Below, piece by piece: positions 59,542 through 64,000 of a DNA stretch of 64,000 nucleotides. The notes beneath the pieces are model-generated. The model searched no databases. It was not told where the DNA came from and saw only the letters and a list, made by a program, of their open reading frames with translations. The stretch lies in NCBI GenBank assembly GCA_963676915.2, contig CAXXVK010000064.1, positions 1-64,000 on the forward strand. The letters run 5' to 3'. Source of the stretch: Myxococcota bacterium (lineage in GTDB: Bacteria > Myxococcota_A > SURF-8 > G963663525). A program made the position numbers and the translations under genes. The stretch's first letter is position 1. Each line of letters opens with the position of its first letter.

Positions 59542-61216
59542 ATGGTGATGGAAGCAACGATTCAGCTTGCAGCGGTGGACTGGCTGATTATCGCCCTGTA
59601 TTTCGTGGCGATACTCGGCATCGGGTTGTATCTCAAACGCTTCGCCGATACGAAGGAAGACTTCTTCGAGGCCGGGCGTCGAAACAGTTCCTGGGTTGCG
59701 GGACTGGCCTTTGTGTCGGCCAACCTCGGTGCATTGGAAATCCTGGGATGGACCGGCGGAACGATCAAGTATGGCATGTTTGTGAGTCATTTTTACTGGA
59801 TCGGCGCAATTCCGGCGATGCTGTTTTTGGGATTGTTCATGATGCCATTCTACTATTCCAGCAAAATCCACTCTATTCCGGGCTATTTGCTGCTCCGCTT
59901 CGACGAGAAAACCCGTGTTCTAAACGCTATCGCATTTGCCGTAATGACGGTGCTTGATGAGCGGTATCAACATGTATCTGATGGCGCTGGTGTTTCATGT
60001 TGTGTTGGGATGGAACATGGATGTTTCCATCTGGATCAGCGCAGCGGCGGTAGGTTGCTACATCACGTTGGGAGGGCTGATGTCTGCGATTTTTACGGAA
60101 ATCGTGCAGTTTTTCCTGATTTGGTTCGGTTTGTTCCTCGTGTCGCTGCTCGGTATCATCGATCTGGGAGGATTGAGCCAGATCTTTGCCGGATTGCCGG
60201 ACACCATGGCCGGGTTGTGGTCCACCGCCGGGGACGCCAGCCTCAACGACATGGGCGTTACCTGGGTGGGAATCGTGCTCGGTCTGGGATTCGTGCTGTC
60301 TTTCGGCTACTGGACCACCGACTTCCTGCTGGTACAGCGCGCTTTTTCGGCCAAGGATCTCCAAGCCGCACGTATGACCCCGATCATCGCCGCGTTTTTC
60401 AAGATGATCCTGCCGTTTATCGTCGTGGTGGCCGGTTTGGTGGCGTACCAATTGATCGCTCGTGGCGACTTGCCTAAAGAACTGTTGGAGAATCCTGACT
60501 CCGCCTTGCCGTTATTGATCGCCAGGTACTATCCGCCGGGACTGATGGGATTGGGTATTACGGCCTTGCTTGCCGGATTTATGGCCAATTATGGCGGGTA
60601 AGCGGGTAAGAGAGTAGCCTTCAATACGGTATGGACTTACGATATCTACCGAGTGATCTTCAAGCGTGACGCCACCGACGAGCACCTGCTCAAAGTCGGG
60701 CGCATCACTACGGTGGTGGGAGTGTTCATCAGCATCATAACGGCGTATGTCGCCATGCAGTTCAGCACCATCATGGATTACATCCAGGCTATTTTTTCCT
60801 GGGTCAACGCGCCGCTGTTTGCAACAATGCTGCTTGGAATGTTCTGGAAACGCACCACAGCCGCCGGGGCTTTTTGGGGATTGATCGCCGGAATGCTGAC
60901 CTCGTTTTCGATCTTCCTGGGCTTCCGTTTCGGTCTGATCGGCGAGTCGGCTACATATCTGATCACCATGAGTCACGAGCCGTCCGACATGACGAAGAAC
61001 CTATGGCAGGCGTGGTGGGCCTGGGTGGTCTGCTTCGGCTTGACGATCATCATCAGCCTGTTTACTGCACCCAAGCCGGTGGAAGAACTCAAAGGTCTGG
61101 TGCGTGGTCTGACGGAAAAAGCGGAATTGGGACACGTTCCCTATTGGCGCTGGCCGGAAGTCTGGGCCGCTGTGGCGCTCGTCGCGTGTCTGATTCTCAA
61201 CATTTACTTCTGGTAG
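59542..61216 (+). CDS. Sodium:solute symporter (SSS), probably for galactose or another sugar; disrupted in this sequence
   Basis: DFFEAGR, SANLGALE, GYWTTDFLLVQRA, AFNTVWTYDIY and NAPLFAT. Extra T at ~59955; garbled 60590-60609 with a duplicated GCGGGTAA and an in-frame TAA. Confidence 0.82.
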
Positions 61217-61231
61217 ACGGGAGGACTGGTC

Positions 61232-61475
61232 ATGAACGAATCCAAGGAAAATGATTTCGATCTGGACCTGGGTCGGACTGGTTCTGACGATTTACGGACT
61301 GATCATCGTAGGTTGCGGCTTGTATTATCTGGTTGAGCCGGATACGAAAACAGCGATGGCGGCAATTCATCCTTCTCTTTGGTGGGGTGCGATCATGGTG
61401 GTTGCCGGAAGCGTGTTTTTATCGCTGAAATTTATCGGAAAAACCTTGGGAATGTCCGATACGGAGGAAAGTTAG
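61232..61475 (+). CDS. Small two-TM membrane protein accompanying the SSS; apparent +1 frameshift near 61248
   Basis: GGAGG + ATG at 61232 is one base out of frame with MISIWTWVGLVLTIYG...HPSLWWG (61251). Confidence 0.65.
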
Positions 61476-61477
61476 AG

Positions 61478-61861
61478 ATGCGCAAAGTCACGACAACCCG
61501 ACCTTCCTTTCCCGACGCCCCTGCAAACGTAGCTCTGGAATTTACCGAGGGAGAACGTTGGCAGGTGCCATGTGGGGATACCGGCCATTGGCGTATGGGA
61601 TTTTACTCGCCTGAATACGGCAGCGCCGCCGATATCGAAGAGTTGGAATGGCACGATTGCCCCGAACTTTTTCTGCTGGTCGAAGGCAAGGTGTCGCTGG
61701 TGTTGTCCGATCACGAAGGCGAACGATTCGTGGAACTGGAACCGAAAAAACCGGTGCTGGTAACCTGCCGGCATGCCGGATTCTGTCCTGACGGACCGTT
61801 TACAGGCGTTTGTGCCGTTATCGAGCGCGACGCCTTCGAAACCGAATACACACCGCGCTAA
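61478..61861 (+). CDS. Small cupin-like hypothetical protein
   Basis: LEWHDCPELFLLVEG...CRH resembles cupin metal ligands; GGAGG RBS. Confidence 0.6.
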   Translation: MRKVTTTRPSFPDAPANVALEFTEGERWQVPCGDTGHWRMGFYSPEYGSAADIEELEWHDCPELFLLVEGKVSLVLSDHEGERFVELEPKKPVLVTCRHAGFCPDGPFTGVCAVIERDAFETEYTPR

Positions 61862-61881
61862 CCCACCAAGGAGAAACCGAC

Positions 61882-63063
61882 ATGTCCGCGAATCTCGACT
61901 TCGACCGTTTACAACGGATTTTTCACGAAAAGTTCGGTTCATCCGAAGGACCGTTGCGCTGGGTCGCCGCACCGGGACGAGTCAACCTGATTGGTGAACA
62001 TACCGATTATCATGACGGTTTCGTGCTTCCGGCGGCGATCGATCGCTACGTAACGGCAGTCGGTCGTATTCGCGAAGATGACACCGTGCAGGTATATTCT
62101 GCCACTTTCGACGAGCAGATCTCTTTCCGGTATCGGGATGATGTACGTTCCGAGCATGGTTGGGCGCGTCGATTGGAAGGCATTTTGCGCATCGTGCTCG
62201 AGGGTGTGGAAAAGCCTGTCGGCATGGATGTCACTATGGAAGCCAACCTCCCTTTGGGCGGCGGATTGTCCAGTTCGGCGGCGGCTCAAGCGGCATTGGG
62301 ATCGCTGGCCATGCACTTCAACGACGTATCCATGGATAATCTCGACTTCGCACGGGCGATTCAACTTGCCGAACACCGGTACGCCGGGCTGAAATGCGGT
62401 ATCATGGACCCGCTCGCCGTGATCGAAGGTCAGCCCGACTCGGCACTGTTGATCGACTGCCGCAGTTTGTCGGTGCGTCCCGTACCCTTGCCGCCGGATT
62501 GGCGCATTGTCGTACTCGATACCGGCGTCAAACATGAACTGGCCAGCAGTGAATACAACAAACGGCAGGAAGAATGCCGCTCGGTGCTGGATCTTGTGAA
62601 GGAAAACAACCCTGAAATCAAGGCATTGCGGGACGTTCTTCCCGAAGATCTGGATCTTGTGGCTGAAAAAGCCGATCCGGTGGGGTTGAAGCGCTGCCGT
62701 TATGTGCTCGCCGAAAACAATCGTGTGCAAGAAGTGCTTGATCCACTCAAGAAGAAAGATATCCCGCAGGTGCGACGGTTGTTTCTGGCGTCTCACGAGG
62801 GCTTGGACAAAGACTACGAAGTCACCTGCAACGAGTTGAATCGTTTAGTGAATCTCGCCAAGGAAGCTCCGGGATTCATAGCCGGGAGGATGACGGGTGG
62901 CGGTTTCGGTGGCAGCACCGTGAATTTTGTCGAAAAGGATCGGGCGCAGGATTTCATTGAAACCGTGCTGGATGCCTACAATCGTGAAGAGGGACGAAAA
63001 GGTTCCGGCATGGCGGTAACAGCCTGCAATGGTGTGGAACAAGGCGACGTCCCGTCTTCCTGA
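61882..63063 (+). CDS. galK: Galactokinase
   Basis: APGRVNLIGEHTDY, GGGLSSSAA, CGIMD and RMTGGGFGG. Confidence 0.95.
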   Translation: MSANLDFDRLQRIFHEKFGSSEGPLRWVAAPGRVNLIGEHTDYHDGFVLPAAIDRYVTAVGRIREDDTVQVYSATFDEQISFRYRDDVRSEHGWARRLEGILRIVLEGVEKPVGMDVTMEANLPLGGGLSSSAAAQAALGSLAMHFNDVSMDNLDFARAIQLAEHRYAGLKCGIMDPLAVIEGQPDSALLIDCRSLSVRPVPLPPDWRIVVLDTGVKHELASSEYNKRQEECRSVLDLVKENNPEIKALRDVLPEDLDLVAEKADPVGLKRCRYVLAENNRVQEVLDPLKKKDIPQVRRLFLASHEGLDKDYEVTCNELNRLVNLAKEAPGFIAGRMTGGGFGGSTVNFVEKDRAQDFIETVLDAYNREEGRKGSGMAVTACNGVEQGDVPSS

Positions 63064-63123
63064 AACTTGGTGTATTTGAACCATATTGGGTGCACTCTAG
63101 GGGATGACCTGAGAAAACCGCTC

Positions 63124-63152
63124 TTGACTCTCTTTCCATCCATCGTTACATT
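63124..63152 (+). promoter_or_regulatory. Putative sigma70 promoter
   Basis: TTGACT-N17-TACATT upstream of the last gene. Confidence 0.55.
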
Positions 63153-63200
63153 TTCCTAAATAGGTGATTTGTTTCCATACCTCAACGTTGGGTAGTCTTC

Positions 63201-64000
63201 ATGTCCCTTACCAAATCGATGCGCTTCGGGTTTCTTGTTCTTTCCATCGTTATTTTACTATCTGCCTGTGAAGATGAGGGAAACGGTAGCGCTCCTGTGG
63301 ACTGGGTAGCGTTTCAGCCTCCCGTTCATGAATACACGACGGATCAACGTGTGGTGTTGCCTGCCGGGGTCCGATTACCTGATCGTTCCGTTCAGCACCG
63401 ATGAAAAGGCGGCCGATCAAATCGGGTTCACGATTATGGTCGAACAGGGTGGAGATGAGACAACGGTTGCCCGGAAGAATCTTTATGTGCAACCTTCCGA
63501 ATTCGTTGAGAAAAATGACACGACATTGGCTTTGGAGAAAAGCCGCTCGGAAGTCGTCGAACGTCTGAACGCTCAAATTCGCCTGGATGCCCGTTTTCGC
63601 GAAACCCGCCAGCGCATTGCAAGCGAACGTCTGTTGAAGCCTGTACCAGAGTCTCGCACGGAGGTTTCGAAGAAAGCGTTGGAAGGTAGTTGCACGCTTT
63701 CCAGCGAATGCGAACAGGATGCTTTGTGTGTCGACGGCGAATGCCTCAAAGATGTTCCCGTACTTTCGAATACACCCATCGACGATTTCCAGACGGTGGA
63801 GACGTTCACGGCGTACGTCGGCTACAAAGGCGAACGTTGTGCCGTATTGGTGGATCAAAGCAACGGTACCCACGTAACCGAAGATTCGGTGAACAATATG
63901 GGCGAAATCTTCGATGCGCTGATTTTTCCTCGATTGCAGAGCATGTATGGAGAGGCCGAACTTCAGGACGGTACGAAAGCCTGGGATCGTAACGGAGATG
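63201..64000 (+). CDS. Lipoprotein, possibly peptidase M30-like (partial); apparent +1 frameshift at 63366-63369
   Basis: Lipobox LSAC. After removing one G the frame is open to the window end: ...CTLSSECEQDALCVDGEC...IFDALIFPRLQSMYG...WDRNGD. Any HExxH motif would lie outside the window. Confidence 0.5.

Noticed and set aside
56940-63370. Programmed frameshifting or phase variation
   Set aside because: The runs are only 2-4 nt, there are no slippery heptamers, and several genes have more than one lesion; sequencing error is more parsimonious.
1-64000. CRISPR arrays, rRNA/tRNA genes, transposases, integrases, prophage or defence systems
   Set aside because: By eye I saw no regularly spaced repeats, RNA gene signatures or such protein motifs; a covariance-model scan would be needed to exclude small ncRNAs.

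Overview
This is a gene-dense, moderate-GC bacterial chromosomal window. The Cys-rich and Asp/Glu-rich lipoproteins, RGS-type NikR, surE-yqaA-nlpD and tamA-tamB-bamD suggest a Myxococcota/deltaproteobacteria-like diderm (inference). Housekeeping and envelope genes include surE, an nlpD-like gene, an lptF/G-like pair, a lipid A acyltransferase, bamD, tamA/tamB, HU, folK, a transaldolase and a HisZ-like gene. Less ordinary content: (i) a stand-alone archaeal-type GatE with its own promoter and no adjacent gatD; (ii) a coupled three-gene module of cholesterol-oxidase-like GMC flavoprotein, Tat-exported small subunit and 6-7-heme cytochrome c lipoprotein; (iii) a TonB-dependent receptor plus His-rich lipoprotein behind GTGTTAC-type half-sites, with an RGS-type nikR 40 kb away; (iv) a 1.2-kaa DUF2961/GH172-like lipoprotein with a substituted catalytic motif; (v) a GH5_12-like glycolipid hydrolase, outer-membrane barrel, Na+/solute symporter, cupin and galK locus; (vi) a Gly-rich repeat secreted protein missed by the ORF track; (vii) two different REP-doublet-like elements; (viii) an AT-rich Yip1 gene with one in-frame TGA. 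About eight lesions between 56.9 and 63.4 kb (mostly +1 insertions), plus one in the transaldolase, are most likely sequencing errors. I recognised no rRNA, tRNA, CRISPR array or transposase. All family calls come from motif recognition, not database searches.
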